DNA of 64,000 nucleotides, taken from Octopus sinensis. Lineage: Eukaryota. Position 1 is the stretch's first letter. Every line of letters starts with the position of its first letter. A model generated the notes under the pieces. It was not told the DNA's origin, searched no databases, and worked only from the letters and a program-made list of their open reading frames with translations. The stretch spans positions 20,646,001 through 20,710,000 of the forward strand of contig NC_043007.1 of NCBI RefSeq assembly GCF_006345805.1, read 5' to 3'. This document shows, piece after piece, positions 62,419 through 64,000 of this stretch. The position numbers and the translations under genes are program-made.

Positions 62419-63334
62419 AAATTACTTTTAAATCATGAAAAACATATCTTGAAAATAAAAAATTACAGTGATTCCTACTTCTATATTCAATAGACGCTGG
62501 AATCAAACTTCTCTCATCACTGCAGCGGCGTTGGTGACGTCAGTACATTTAATAAAGGGGAGTCTACTCAGTTAGTTAGACATGCTTTCTTTACAAACAA
62601 ACCACACACACTCAGACAAAAGAAATCGTTGTAGAACCAGGAATAGCTGCATAGTGCTGGTCAAAATGCCTTGAGATATTTAATTCTATTTTGGTACGGT
62701 TTGTGTGCAAGATCTGCCAGAGATGATTTTACTTGCCATCACCCTCAAGCATCAATCAATACTGGTTAAATCAATCGAACCAATCCTCTACCATATAAAG
62801 TTGTGGAAGTTGTGTCAATGTGATAGCGTAATTGTTTTTAATTCAATTGCTATGTTAGCAGGTTGGATGGTTTTACAAATTTATACAATTTACTGTTAGT
62901 GGTGTGTATATATAGTAGGGGCAGGCCACAGAAGGTGTGGAAGCAATTGGTGAGGCCCAGATCTCAGAATGTTGGTGGGGTAAGGTCTTACAAGACTGAG
63001 TGGAAATGCAAAGTAATATTTTGCAAACCCATCAAACCTATGCTAGCATAGTAAACGTAGGGTATTAAAAGGACATCATGATCATCATCATCATCATCGT
63101 TTAACGTCCGTTTTCCATTCTAGCATGGGTTGGGCAGTTCAACCGGGGTCTGGGAAGCCAGGAGGCTGCACCAGGCTCCGGTCTGATCTGGCAGTGTTTC
63201 TACAGCTGGATGCCCTTCCTAACGCCAACCACTCCGTGAGTGTAGTGGGTGCTTTTTACGTGCCAGGGGAGGCTGACAAATGGCCACAATCGGTTGGTGC
63301 TTTTTATGTGCCACCAGCATGGGATGTAGATAAC

Positions 63335-63884
63335 CATTATTATTTAAGACATCACACAGTATCCAATATCATGATGTTGTTGATTGAAGCTATTGTGTCT
63401 ACAAGGGGCTTATACTATCTGCTGAGTCACAACAAGGACCTCAGGCAGACAGTACTTTATGTAATATGTGTGAAGTCCTAAGTAATGCCAATTTTTGCAA
63501 TATACCAAAATTGTAGGGTACTTCTAAAGTTTCCAGATGTTTCTTCAAGTTGGGTGGTATTGAACCCAATGCTCCGATAACAATAGGAACAACCTTTATG
63601 CTTGACTCTTGCAGCTTCCACATCTTGGCAATCTCAATTCTCAGGTCTCCATATCTATCAATCTTTTCTTTTTCTTTCATGATAATATGTTGATCTCCTA
63701 GCACTGCTCCCTCGATTATTAGGCACTCTTGTTTGTCCCTCCTAAAGTTTACTATATCTGGCCTTCAGTGCTCTAACATCTTGTCTGTGTGCAAGTCAAA
63801 GTCCCAGAGAATTTTTGCCTTCCCCTTTTTGTCCATTATCTTTTCCAGTGTATGCTGGTACCAGGCACCAGTTACCTCATATCG
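63335..63884 (-). pseudogene. 5'-truncated R4/Dong element: REL endonuclease domain plus 3'UTR
   Basis: WYQH..KILWDF.LHTD..H*RPDIV..CLIIE..KEKEKIDRYGDL..VVPIVIGALG..LQKLALL; in-frame TGA at 63765-63767; abuts (TAA)n. Confidence 0.85.
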
Positions 63885-64000
63885 TTATTATTATTATTAT
63901 TATTATTATTGTTATTATCATTATTATCATTATTATCATTATCATTATTATTATTATTACTATTATTATTAAGGTGGCAAGCTGGCAGAGATGCTAGCAC

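Overview
AT-rich, repeat-dense eukaryotic genomic DNA, very probably from an octopus: the SINE families, RTE tails and microsatellite load match what is known for Octopus. Only one host gene is convincing. A single ~5.95-kb coding exon (47217-53171, + strand) encodes a stoned/stonin endocytic adaptor. It has a Stoned-A-like N-terminal helix, about 20 DPF and 7 NPF motifs, a stonin-homology domain and most of the mu-homology domain. The reading frame leaves through a splice donor, and I could not find the remaining exon(s) in the window. The rest is a mosaic of decayed mobile DNA: several tRNA-derived SINE families (CORE-, Nin- and V-like), many 5'-truncated RTE LINE copies, R4/Dong, CRE-like and CR1 fragments, a mariner transposase pseudogene, piggyBac/hAT/mariner/pogo-type MITEs, non-autonomous Helitrons, micro/minisatellites, one tRNA-Asp(GTC) sequence and a 100-N gap. 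The most interesting signals are (i) minimal type-I hammerhead ribozyme motifs of the Penelope kind in three non-autonomous families, one with a tRNA-like Pol III head and one with a fixed non-canonical core (CUGUCGA); (ii) a tRNA-Asp fused to a SINE tail; (iii) a twin-MITE composite piggyBac unit that appears to have moved with captured DNA; (iv) StnA and StnB features in one ORF. Repeat boundaries were read by eye and are approximate. Family names come from motif recognition, not from database searches.
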